A stretch of 64,000 nt of DNA, from assembly GCA_964019335.1 (NCBI GenBank), contig OZ025671.1:248001-312000 (forward strand). The letters are read 5' to 3'. Under the pieces are notes generated by a model. The model had not been told where the DNA came from and did no database searches. It worked only from the letters and a program-made list of their open reading frames with translations. The DNA is from Diplonema japonicum (taxonomy: Eukaryota > Protista > Euglenozoa: Diplonemea). Shown one piece after another: positions 39,026 through 48,900 of this stretch (positions within the stretch are counted from its first letter, which is position 1; every line of letters begins with the position of its first letter). The position numbers were made by a program, and so were the translations under genes.

Positions 39026-39220
39026 TTTTTTTTTTTTTTTTTTTTTTTTGTGTGGCTTCTTTTTTTTTTTCCCACCACAAGCAGATACATTTCAAAAGGG
39101 ACCAATGAAAAAAAAAAATGAAAAAACTCGAAGAGGGGAACAGTGCGCCCGCAAAAAAAAAAAAAAAAAAGAGATGAGATAAAGGAGGTTCCTGTTTTGG
39201 AACGTCCCCCTTGTCTCTAC

Positions 39221-42200
39221 TTATCTACCCCTTTCTCCCTTCTGGGGCCTCGGCCTTTCTTTCTTTTTTGGCTGTGTTGCCTTCCTCAAAGTATCCTCCC
39301 TTTCTTCTTGCCACTTTCTGCCCAGTTTCTTAAGGTCCTTCTTGGTTTTCTCTGATGCAAAAACTGGCCTTCTGTTCCATCCCAGACTCTTCTTCGCACC
39401 TATGGTTCTAAGCGCGTGGTTCTTCTGGCTCTCCGCTGGGAAGATCCGCTTGCCTCTGACCTTCTTCTGTATGCGTGCTGTGTCCCACCCCTCTTGGATT
39501 CTTTCCAGGAGGCCGTGGAAACTCCGCGCTTTCTTCTGTATCATGTCTAGATCACCCTTCTTCCCCGTGATCGGCTCGACGCCCAGCGTGTTCTCGAAGT
39601 CTAGTACGAGTTCCATTGTGGTGACTGTCGTCTTCCTCAGTCCATCGTACCACTTCAGCTTTTTGAGCCACTTGACGATGTCTTCACCGTGCTTCATCAT
39701 CAGGCTCCCGCTCACATGCTTCCTCAGCTCCTTCCATTCAGGTGGCGCATGAGCGTTTCCTTCCGTTATCTGTTCCCAGGGGTGCGTCGTGTACGTTTCT
39801 AGCTTTCTCTTGTCCTGGAGAAGCTGGTCCCGTTTTGCCACCACTTCCAGCAGGTAGTATTGCGTCTTCCTCAGCCGGTGTTGGTGTGTTCGGTGATCAC
39901 GCGGGAGCGTTCCATGTAGCTGCATGCAGATTGGCATTTCCGTCTTGCTGGCCACTACTTCTGCATGTACTTCCTTCTGTTGCACCTCCTTCGCCACACT
40001 GCATTCCCATAATGCGTGTCGCAGCATGTTGCTCTCGTCCTCCTCCGCACCGCACGCGTCGCATGTGACTTCGTCTGTTGTTGGTCTCTTGTTCACACGC
40101 TCGTGTGTCTCGTCCCCTTCCTCTTCCGAGCTGTCCTCGCTTTCGCTCTGCTCGCCCTCTGGGGGTGGTACCCGTCTGGTGATTTTGTCCTGGTACCACG
40201 CCTTTGGGTGGGTGTAGAAAACCCCTCCCGCCACGATCCTCCGGAGGTCTCTCGCTGCCATTGCTCCTTGTGGTCCGAGTCTCATCAGCTCTCGCCACAG
40301 GTCGTTCGTGCGTGGGTCTGCGCCCCGGTCTAACCCCTCCATCGAGCGTCTTCTGTCCTGTATGTGTTCCGCACGTCCCGACCTTAGCTTTTCTCGCACT
40401 ACATGTGCGAATTTGTCCTTGTTCTCAGCTAGCATTTCGGTGAACTGCCCCCAGTTTGTGCTGATCTTCGGGAGCCACCGCTTCATCGCGTTGCCTATCG
40501 GGCCCAAAGGTGTCGTTCTTGTCGGGTCTTGGTACCCTTTGGCAAGTCTCTGGCACCGCTCCCACACCTCTCCCAATTTTCGTCTCGTTCTGTATATGGC
40601 TGCTAGTGCTCTGTAGGGCGCTGCTACCTCTGGGTCGTGTGTGTGTCCGCTGAACAGGTTTGACAGCACCGCCGCTGGTGATCTTGTTCTGTACCTCGGT
40701 CCCCACAAGGCGTATGTCGCGGTTGATGTGAGCGATTTGAGGTATCCTTCCGACGGCGGCGCGAATGCAACATCATACAGACAGCTGGGTAGCACCGTTG
40801 TTCGCAGGACTTCCGCTTTCTGCCAGAAAGAGAGCTGAGTGGTCGCGAGCCTCCGTAGCGTGTCGCCCGCCGCCCTGGCCCTGGTGTTGTCCGTCTGCGT
40901 CTGACCATCCGTGCGCATCCTCGCCCCCAGGATCTTGATCTTGTTCGTGGACCGCAGCTGCCTTCCTGCTACCTCTATCCCTGGTGCCTTCGCTCCTGCT
41001 GCGAACACTTCGGACTTCTTCGTGTTGAGCTCCATGCCAACTATGTCGCAGAATGCGGATGCACTGTCCGTGGCTTTTTGTAGTACTTCTGCTAGTTTCG
41101 CCAACAGGTATGCGTCGTCCGCATACGACAGAGTCTCCGCTCCCGTTCGTTCCTCCACACTCCTCATCAAGACCGCTAGTAGAGCGTTGATCATGATGAT
41201 GGAGATCGGGCACCCTTGCAGGATTCCGTTTGTGGTTGTGAACTCCTCGCCTACTCCTGTCGCGTATCTGAATCTCCTTCTGAGACCCTTGTACATCCCT
41301 TCTAACGCTCTCAGGATACCTTTGTCCATTCCCATCCGTTCCATCAGCTTCAGCACCAGTTGTTGTGGAACTGTGTCAAAACACTTGGCGAAGTCTAGTG
41401 CGACACCCAACAACGGTGTCTTGTCCATCGCTGCTTCCTCTATCCTGGTGCAGATGTCCATGAGAACGTCCTCTGTCCCATGTCTGGCCCTAAACCCGTG
41501 TTGAGTTTTGTGGATCCAGGATTCTTGCCATTCGAGAATATCACCAAGCCTTGTGCACGCCCATAATCTGTACACTGCCGACGTGACTGTTATGGGCCGA
41601 TGCTCGAGTGGTCCTGCGTTCTTGGTCTTCGGGATAAGGGTCACCAGAGCTGTCAACGCCGACTCCGGCCATTTTCCTGTCTCCTCTACCTCATTGAGGA
41701 AAACAGCCCATGCGTCCAATATGGATACTGGTAGCCTTCGTAGCTCTGCCATCCGCCAGCCGTCTACCCCCGCTGCGCTTCTGGCCGTCTTTTTCTTCAG
41801 CACCTGCTTCAGGCGTATCCCAGTGATCGGTGTCCACACCATGTCTCTTTTTTCGATGTACGCACCGTACTCCTTCTCGAATGTTGCGTACGCGGGCTGG
41901 GGCTTGTCTCTGTATTTCGCAAAGACATGTTCCCAATGTTCCCTCATTGTCCTGTCCAATTCCTGCGGGTTTGCAATCGTGTCCTTTTCCATCTCCACAG
42001 TTGCTGTCCCCCGCTTGTCCTCGATTCCTTTCGCGCTGTCCACGAGCTCCTTCGTCTCTTTTCCTTGTTCGACTGAGTCAAGGTAGCTCCTGTGCCTTGC
42101 CGTGCGCTGTTCCTTCACCATCTCCCGTTCGCGTCTCTCCACCGCCTCTGACATGATCTCTGCATCCGCCACCATGTCCTCGATGTTGGCCTGCGTCGGG

Positions 42201-44062
42201 TCAATGGGTAGGCACTTCACGCGCGTGTGTTCGAGCTCCCCGTTCAGGTTGTGGATTGTGTTCACCGTAACCTTACTGAGCTGCCCTCCTCCTCTTTTCT
42301 GCAACATGTTGAGCTGCGTCTGAATGGCTCTCAGCCTGCCTCGCATTTTCTCCAGCCGTACTTGCATGATCGACGCTGCCCCACACGAGCCAGTTGTTGT
42401 TGGTGCACATAGTTGTCTCTGTTGCGGTTGTCTCACCTTGCCGCGGCCCCTATAAGGTGCCGTGCCGACGGTCTCGTCCCCCAGAAGTATCTTCTCGCTC
42501 GCCTCAGCTAGCGCGAGGTACGCCGCCTCCGGGTCTTTTCGCATGTGTTCCCTGAAATTGCTCTCCTGGAGTGCCTTACTCCCCTCTTCTTCTGCTGGTT
42601 CCACGCCTCCTGGGATTTCTCGGGGTATCATGTATCTCTTCACAGTCTGCTGGAATCTCGCAAGTCTCAGCTCTACCGTCAGAGTCATATGGTCCGCCCC
42701 CTTTACATCCCTGCTTGTTCTGCAGCCCTGTAGCGCCTGTGCTGCGAAAGCGTTCAGGAGGATGTAGTCGATCCTCGATGCACAGTTCTTCCGAGTGAAG
42801 GTTGGCATCGGGTCTTCTCCTTTTCCCGCTGCGCATGCTCCTGCCGCATCAGTCCATCCGTTCATCAGCGCGTGACGAAGCTCATACGATCTTTTCTCGT
42901 CCGTGTTGAGGTCGCCTGCCACAATCACGGGGACGTTCCCGAGCTCCATCGCCTTCTTCCTGAGGACGTGCTGCAAGAGTCGTTCTCGTTGCCTCCTTGG
43001 TTCCTCTCCCTCCCCTGCTGGGCAGTACACGGTGATGATGTGCAGCCACATATTTTCCCCGTCTATGCTGACCCTTGTGTGTTGCCACCTACTGTTGATG
43101 TCTTGCTTAGCGTCATCCCTCTCGAGTGATGTTCCCAGAGCTGTTCGTGGCTCGCGTACAAAAGTCGCCAGGCCTCCTCGTCTTGCGATATCTATAGATA
43201 TCAGACCTTCCTTGATCCTTCCCTGTTGCGGGTCTGCCCACATAGGTCTGTATTTTCGCTTCTTGTTCTTCTCTGTCGCGGATTTCATTGCGTGTGCCAC
43301 CTCTTTCTGTCCTGCTGCCGTAAGTGCAGTCTCTTGTAGGCAGATCACGTCGACGTCGAGCTGCATGACGCTTTCCAGCCTGTTCCTCAGAGACGCTACA
43401 TTTGCAGTTGCGAGATGGAAAACCTGTGTCGGTGGCTTCTTGGTACTGCCTGTTTGTTCACCCTCACTACTTAGGACTTTAAGTGTGCGGTTACCAGCCT
43501 TCTCATAGGGGGTATGGCGCCCCTGACTCGCCCCCGTCCCAGTGGTCAGGACACCCCTTCGTTCAGGGCCGGGTAGATTTCCCCGTTGTTGTAGAGTCGA
43601 AGTCTGGCCAGGTGCTGTAGCCTTCTTGTTCCGAGTACCAAGTGCCACCTTCAGCAGGTCCTCCATCTGCACTACCGTGGCCTCCGTCTTGCCCAACCAA
43701 TCCATCATGTGTAGCGGCGCGAGTACAGCGTCGTAGTGCTGGGAGTCGTAAGCAACTATAATCGTCTGCTTCGCCCCGTCTGGCTTCGTGGCTCGCACCA
43801 TTCTCTTTTTGTGGAGGATCCAGATACATGTCTGGGTTGCCCATCCTGCCGCTCCGAGGGTGTAGTAGTCCCCCCACTCTCCGTCATGCTCAATCCTTCT
43901 GAGAGAAAGGGAGTGTTTCCTTGCTTCTTTGTAAAACTCCGGGTTCGTCGCGATGTACTCTGCTGCCTGTGCGCGTACTGTGCTGGCGTTCCCTGCTCCT
44001 CGCGCCCTAGCAATTGCAGCGAACTGGCAATTTCCGTCCCCTTCCACTGGCATGTATCTCAT
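39221..44062 (-). CDS. Element B ORF2: OTU cysteine protease, AP-endonuclease, reverse transcriptase, zinc finger, C-terminal domain
   Basis: OTU GDGNCQF..EWGD..QHYD; APE ANVASL, CLQET, GDLN, RIDYIL, ADH; RT LDFAKCFD, GILQGCP, YADD; CDAC..HALWEC. Confidence 0.95.
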   Translation of the reverse strand: MRYMPVEGDGNCQFAAIARARGAGNASTVRAQAAEYIATNPEFYKEARKHSLSLRRIEHDGEWGDYYTLGAAGWATQTCIWILHKKRMVRATKPDGAKQTIIVAYDSQHYDAVLAPLHMMDWLGKTEATVVQMEDLLKVALGTRNKKATAPGQTSTLQQRGNLPGPERRGVLTTGTGASQGRHTPYEKAGNRTLKVLSSEGEQTGSTKKPPTQVFHLATANVASLRNRLESVMQLDVDVICLQETALTAAGQKEVAHAMKSATEKNKKRKYRPMWADPQQGRIKEGLISIDIARRGGLATFVREPRTALGTSLERDDAKQDINSRWQHTRVSIDGENMWLHIITVYCPAGEGEEPRRQRERLLQHVLRKKAMELGNVPVIVAGDLNTDEKRSYELRHALMNGWTDAAGACAAGKGEDPMPTFTRKNCASRIDYILLNAFAAQALQGCRTSRDVKGADHMTLTVELRLARFQQTVKRYMIPREIPGGVEPAEEEGSKALQESNFREHMRKDPEAAYLALAEASEKILLGDETVGTAPYRGRGKVRQPQQRQLCAPTTTGSCGAASIMQVRLEKMRGRLRAIQTQLNMLQKRGGGQLSKVTVNTIHNLNGELEHTRVKCLPIDPTQANIEDMVADAEIMSEAVERREREMVKEQRTARHRSYLDSVEQGKETKELVDSAKGIEDKRGTATVEMEKDTIANPQELDRTMREHWEHVFAKYRDKPQPAYATFEKEYGAYIEKRDMVWTPITGIRLKQVLKKKTARSAAGVDGWRMAELRRLPVSILDAWAVFLNEVEETGKWPESALTALVTLIPKTKNAGPLEHRPITVTSAVYRLWACTRLGDILEWQESWIHKTQHGFRARHGTEDVLMDICTRIEEAAMDKTPLLGVALDFAKCFDTVPQQLVLKLMERMGMDKGILRALEGMYKGLRRRFRYATGVGEEFTTTNGILQGCPISIIMINALLAVLMRSVEERTGAETLSYADDAYLLAKLAEVLQKATDSASAFCDIVGMELNTKKSEVFAAGAKAPGIEVAGRQLRSTNKIKILGARMRTDGQTQTDNTRARAAGDTLRRLATTQLSFWQKAEVLRTTVLPSCLYDVAFAPPSEGYLKSLTSTATYALWGPRYRTRSPAAVLSNLFSGHTHDPEVAAPYRALAAIYRTRRKLGEVWERCQRLAKGYQDPTRTTPLGPIGNAMKRWLPKISTNWGQFTEMLAENKDKFAHVVREKLRSGRAEHIQDRRRSMEGLDRGADPRTNDLWRELMRLGPQGAMAARDLRRIVAGGVFYTHPKAWYQDKITRRVPPPEGEQSESEDSSEEEGDETHERVNKRPTTDEVTCDACGAEEDESNMLRHALWECSVAKEVQQKEVHAEVVASKTEMPICMQLHGTLPRDHRTHQHRLRKTQYYLLEVVAKRDQLLQDKRKLETYTTHPWEQITEGNAHAPPEWKELRKHVSGSLMMKHGEDIVKWLKKLKWYDGLRKTTVTTMELVLDFENTLGVEPITGKKGDLDMIQKKARSFHGLLERIQEGWDTARIQKKVRGKRIFPAESQKNHALRTIGAKKSLGWNRRPVFASEKTKKDLKKLGRKWQEEREDTLRKATQPKKKERPRPQKGERGR

Positions 44063-44143
44063 GAGCAGCTGTTCGGCTGTGCTTCGCAGGAGTTGCCTCT
44101 CCGTTCCCTCTGTCCTCCCGCCGCCCCTCCATGCTCCTGCGTT

Positions 44144-45826
44144 TCATCGCCTCACGCACGCGCGGCATACCTTGCGGCTGCATCCGTCAACCTGGCACCT
44201 AAGCTGGTACCGCTTCTTCGGCTGCTGCTTCTCGCAACCGTCGCACCACCACCTCCCCTGCTTCTTCTCGCCCTCGTCGCGGTCTGGGTAGATGTGGGCG
44301 TGCCTGTCCGTGTCCCTCTCCCTCCGCCTTCGCTCGGTGTCCCTCGCTAGGCTCCGGCTCTTCGACTTCGACGACGCCCTCGACTTCGTCTTGGCCCTCG
44401 AGGTCGTCGTCTCCGCCGCGTATCCTGCCGTGGCCTGTTCCTCGGGCTCCACCGACATCCTCACCCCAGACGGGGATCTCATCCTCGGCTTCGGTGATGG
44501 TGATCGTGATGCCGATTGTGTGGGGGGTGTCGTCTCCCTTGTTGACTTCCCTCCAACCTTCCGTTTCTTCTCTGTTGGCTTCCCAGAGAGCTTCTCCAGC
44601 ATTGCCTTCAGTTCTTGCACTTCCTTTCTGAGAGCTACCACCTCCTGTTCGAGCATCTCTTCTTTTTTCGTAGGGCCTTGCAGTTGCTGCTGCTCCTTCT
44701 GTTGTTGTTCCCGCGTGTGCTGCTTTCCTTGTTGCTGTTGTTTTTCTTGCTGCGGGTGCTGTTGCTCAGGTGCTACCTTCCCAGCTTCGACCCACGCCTT
44801 CTGCCCGTGTGTCTTCCCGTATAGCGCCAGGAACTGGCGCTTCGTGTACGTGCGCCCCGCGTACTCTTCCGGGTCTGCGGGGTCCGTCCTCTTCTCCTCC
44901 TCCTGCTTTCGCACTGCCTTCGGCGGCGGCTTCCCTGCCTCCCACACCTCCGCCGTTCCTCCCTGCCATTTTATCTCCCCGAAACTTGGGGGTGCCTCCG
45001 CCTGCAACACAGCCACTGTGCCCCCCTGCTTCGGGATGGTGCGGATGACCACCGCTTTCCACCCTGCTTCTTTGACAACCTCCTCGATGGTGGTTGTGTC
45101 CGCGCCCTTCGGGAGACCTCGGATGTCGTAGGTGGTCTTTCTGACAACCCCGAGGCCTTCCTTCAGGAGGTACTCCTGCACTTCCTCCCTTCTCTCGCTG
45201 ACCTGCAGGCCCCATCCCTTGCCGTTCAGCGTCAGTGTCGCCGAGGGGGTGATCCGTGTCATCACTGCCCCAAGTACGTTTTGTGCCAGCCAGTGCTGCC
45301 TTGTGGACATCCACAAGGCCCCCCTTTCCCTCCTCTCGATCTTCCAGGGACCGTCCTCGTTCCCTAGCGCGGTCCCCTCCTGTTCCGGTGCCATCCAGAT
45401 TAGGAAATCCATGACAGATTCCCCCTTCTTGCCTTCCCTCTCCATGTGTGGCCCTACGTGCACTCCCGTCAGGCCCGCCTTGCCGAGAAAAGCCATCACA
45501 CTCTTTCTCGGGTCTTCCTTCGCCGCTTTCCATGCCTCGTCTCCTGCCGCCCACTCAGCCATGATGGCCCTGCAGGCGACCTCCTCCTTTGCGCCCTTCA
45601 CCGGCGCCTTCTTCCTTTCCCCTCCTTTCCCGCTGGCCGCCTCCCTTGGCGCCACCAGCCGCTGCACCGTCACCGTCCCGCCACTCACCTTCTTCCCCAC
45701 CCTCTCCGCCCAGTTTGGGCCCTGCCCGTCCCGGCGCGTCTGCACCGAGCTTTGCTCGGTCCCAGGGGCACCGCTTGGAGGTGCGCCGGGTTTGCTTGCT
45801 GATTGCTCTGATTGATGTTCGCTCAT
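44144..45826 (-). CDS. Element B ORF1 (RRM-like region, coiled coil, C-terminal Cys zinc finger)
   Basis: YDIRGLPKGA..EEVVKEAGWKA RRM-like; coiled coil EQEVVALRKEVQELKAMLEKL; CDGC..CQVDGCSRKVCRAC. Confidence 0.85.
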   Translation of the reverse strand: MSEHQSEQSASKPGAPPSGAPGTEQSSVQTRRDGQGPNWAERVGKKVSGGTVTVQRLVAPREAASGKGGERKKAPVKGAKEEVACRAIMAEWAAGDEAWKAAKEDPRKSVMAFLGKAGLTGVHVGPHMEREGKKGESVMDFLIWMAPEQEGTALGNEDGPWKIERRERGALWMSTRQHWLAQNVLGAVMTRITPSATLTLNGKGWGLQVSERREEVQEYLLKEGLGVVRKTTYDIRGLPKGADTTTIEEVVKEAGWKAVVIRTIPKQGGTVAVLQAEAPPSFGEIKWQGGTAEVWEAGKPPPKAVRKQEEEKRTDPADPEEYAGRTYTKRQFLALYGKTHGQKAWVEAGKVAPEQQHPQQEKQQQQGKQHTREQQQKEQQQLQGPTKKEEMLEQEVVALRKEVQELKAMLEKLSGKPTEKKRKVGGKSTRETTPPTQSASRSPSPKPRMRSPSGVRMSVEPEEQATAGYAAETTTSRAKTKSRASSKSKSRSLARDTERRRRERDTDRHAHIYPDRDEGEKKQGRWWCDGCEKQQPKKRYQLRCQVDGCSRKVCRACVRR

Positions 45827-45916
45827 GTTAGTTCCGCCCCCTTTAAAAAAAAAAAAAACTCAAAGTGCAGGACAAACCCCCTCATGGAGGGCCGCCCTTG
45901 GGTGGGTTAGGGGGGG

Positions 45917-48900
45917 TTATCTTTTTATACTCCCCTTCTGGAGCATTGCTTTCGTTCCAATCGAGGCCTTGAGCGTCTTGCGGAGTCGTGTGATGCGGTC
46001 TCGCTTGTAAGCGGCTTTCAGTTCCATCAGCTTGTCGTGAGTGGTGTGGGTGGCGAAGATGGGCCTCCTGGCGAAACCCATAGCCGTCTTCCCACCTATT
46101 GCGATGAGGGACTTCACTCTCTTCTGTTCATCTGCTGGGAAGGGGCGTGGCTTCTTCCGTGCCCTGCATGCCGCGTTCAGCTTTCTTATCAGTGCTTTGA
46201 TCTTGCGAGCCCTATCTTCCAGCAGACCCCCCAGTAACTTGCCTGTCGTCCATTCGAAGTCGATGGCCAATTCCACCGCTGACACTTCAGAGCTGGTGTC
46301 CTCCTTCACCCATCGTAGCTGTGACAACCACTGCAGCAGCGGGTTCAGGAATTCTGCGACGATTCCTCCCACTCCTTCGAGCTCCCCCGCCGTTGGCACG
46401 AGGCATCTCCTTCCCTCCACATTGCGTACCCACGGCAGCGGCTGTGTGCTGGCGTTGTCTATTTGCATGAGCTCCACATCCCGTTTCCCGACCACCACAG
46501 CCATGTATCGCTGCAGCTTCTCCAGGTGTGCGAAGACATGCCCCCTCGGCAGTATCGCGTGCAGCTCCAGACATAGGGGCCATCCTGATCTGTTGCGCAA
46601 CGGCTCCATTCCGTCTAGTGCCAGTTCCTCTTGTGCACAGGCGCACTCATACAGCTGATGGCGGAGTAAGGTCACCGTGTCCGGGTGTGGAGACTTGCAC
46701 AGGTCGCATCTGAATCCTTGCGTGTGCGATACCTCCGTCGTTGGTGCCTGGCCCATGTTCTCCTCGTCGTCACCGTTGTCGTCACCTTCAGGCGCCAGTG
46801 GGACGCTCTTTCGCTTCGCATTTGCGTGCGGGTTTAGGTAGGGAACCCCTCCTGCGATCACTCGTCTCAGGCTGTAGGACATGAGCGGGTCCTTGGCCGT
46901 CCTCCATAATCGGTTCGTCTTGGGGTCCGCCCCCGGCTCTATCCCGCTTATCGTGCTCCTCTCGACCGCCAGCGTCCTACTTCGGGCCTTCCTCACCACC
47001 TCTCTAAAGATGTGTCCGCGTTCGGCCCAAGATGTGTTGCAACCTAGTAGCTGCGCCCAACTCCATCCTATTCGGGGAAGCCACCGGCAGACCAGGTTGC
47101 CAACCGGCCCCATCTGGATGGAACCCGCGTCATACCCCGCAGCGATCTGCATGCATCTCTGCCGTAGCCGACTGTCATCGAGTGCTCCGGATACTACCTT
47201 CAGGGAGTGGTACATTACGTAGGAAAGGGGGTCATTGGTGTGCCCCTTCAGCAGGACTGTGTTTACCGCGGTGGGCGACCGTCCACGGTGATGAGGGCCC
47301 CACAGGTTACAAGTGATCTTCGTCGTTAGCTTCTTGAGTGCCTCATCACATGGAGGGGAGAACGGCCCACTGTATAGGCAAGATGGCAGGACCGTCGTGC
47401 TGACCAAGTGTGCTTTGGTTTCGAAAGCAATCCTTGTGCCCCCCAGTCGGTCCAGCGAGCCAAGCGCCCCCGTGGTCGGTTTGTTCCACGTCGTTCCTGT
47501 CCTGCGTGTGTTGATCTTCACCCCCAGTCCGCAGAGGTCTGTCACCGTCTTGTAGGGTACCGCGACCTCCAAGCCTTTCCTCATCTCCGTTCGGTTTCCT
47601 ATGACTTTCGACTTGAAATCTTCAGCAGTGCCGAAACCAACAGTCTTCTCCTTGTTGATTTCCATCCCCGTCAGGTCGCAGAACTCCAATGTCCCATTGA
47701 CCGCAGCTTGTAGTGAGCCACGCAGCTTTGCCAGCAGGTATGCGTCGTCAGCGTAGGCTAGCACTTCGGCGTCTGGCGCGACTTGCTCGACTGCCCGCAC
47801 CATGATGGACAACAGGGCGTTGACGACGATGACTGACAGGGGGCATCCTTGGAGAATGCCGTTCGTTGTCTCAAATGTTTCTCCCACTCCTATGGGGTAC
47901 TTGAACCTCCTTGTGATTTGGGTGTACATCCCTTGGAGTGCTCTCCCTATGGATTGGTCCATCCCCAGGGCGTCCATGAGGTCGAGAGACAGCCGTTGTG
48001 GCACTAGATCGAAGCATTTTCGAAAGTCTAGGGCTAGTCCTTCCAGCGGTTCTCCTTCCACCAGAGCTAGTTCCAGCTTGGTACATAACTCCATGAGGGC
48101 AGTTGTCGTACTGTGTTTGGGTCGAAACCCGTGCTGTCTCGGCGTGATCCAGCGTTCTTGCCAGTCAAGGACACCCTTCAGCCTCGTACACGCCCACAAG
48201 CGGTAGATGGTGCTGGTCACTGTGATGGGACGATGATTCAGTGGTGCTGACCCCTCACCCTTCGGAATCAGGGACACCAGTGCTGTCGTGATCTGTCTCG
48301 GCCACTGGCCTGTTTCCTCGATCAGGTTGAAGAGGTCTGCGAAAGCCTTCAGGATGCTCGTTGGGAGACGCTTCAGTTCACTCATCCGCCAACCGTCCAC
48401 GCCACATGCTCCTTTCTCCGGCTTCTTCCTGATCACTTCCCTCAGCTGTTCTGCTGTGATGGGAGTCCGTGCCATTGGGGCTTTCTTGATCAGGTCCCCG
48501 TAACGTTGTGCAAACCGCTCATACTGTGGCTCTTCCTCGAGTGTTCGCGCACAGAAGACGCCCGACCACGCGTTCCGCATCACCTTGTCCATTTCCTGTA
48601 GGTTCGCCGTCACCCCCCCGTCTGCTACCTCAACCACGTCCGTTCTCTGGTTTGGGCGGTCTCTGACCCAGGCTGTGATGTGCTTGCGTTCTTTCCCAAA
48701 GTCAGCACGGACTGAGCGTTCGTAGGCCTTCGTCTGCATTCTCTTGCGGTATTGGAGTAGCTCTGATAGCATTCCCTGAGCGAAGTCCTCTGCTATGTCC
48801 AGCTCCTCCCTGATGCCGTCGATACCCCCTGTCGCGTCCACCTGGCAGTTGTCAACCTTCAGTTCTTCTCCTAGTGTCGCAATATTTCTGAGGACGTTCC

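Larger units (their letters stand above)
39153..45844 (-). mobile_element. Non-LTR retrotransposon B (ORF1 + OTU-APE-RT-ZnF ORF2), with a 3' stem-loop and T18 tail
   Basis: Two long intact ORFs; 50-nt 3' UTR with hairpin AAGGGGGACGTTCC-AAAACA-GGAACCTCCTT; bounded by T tracts. Confidence 0.93.
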
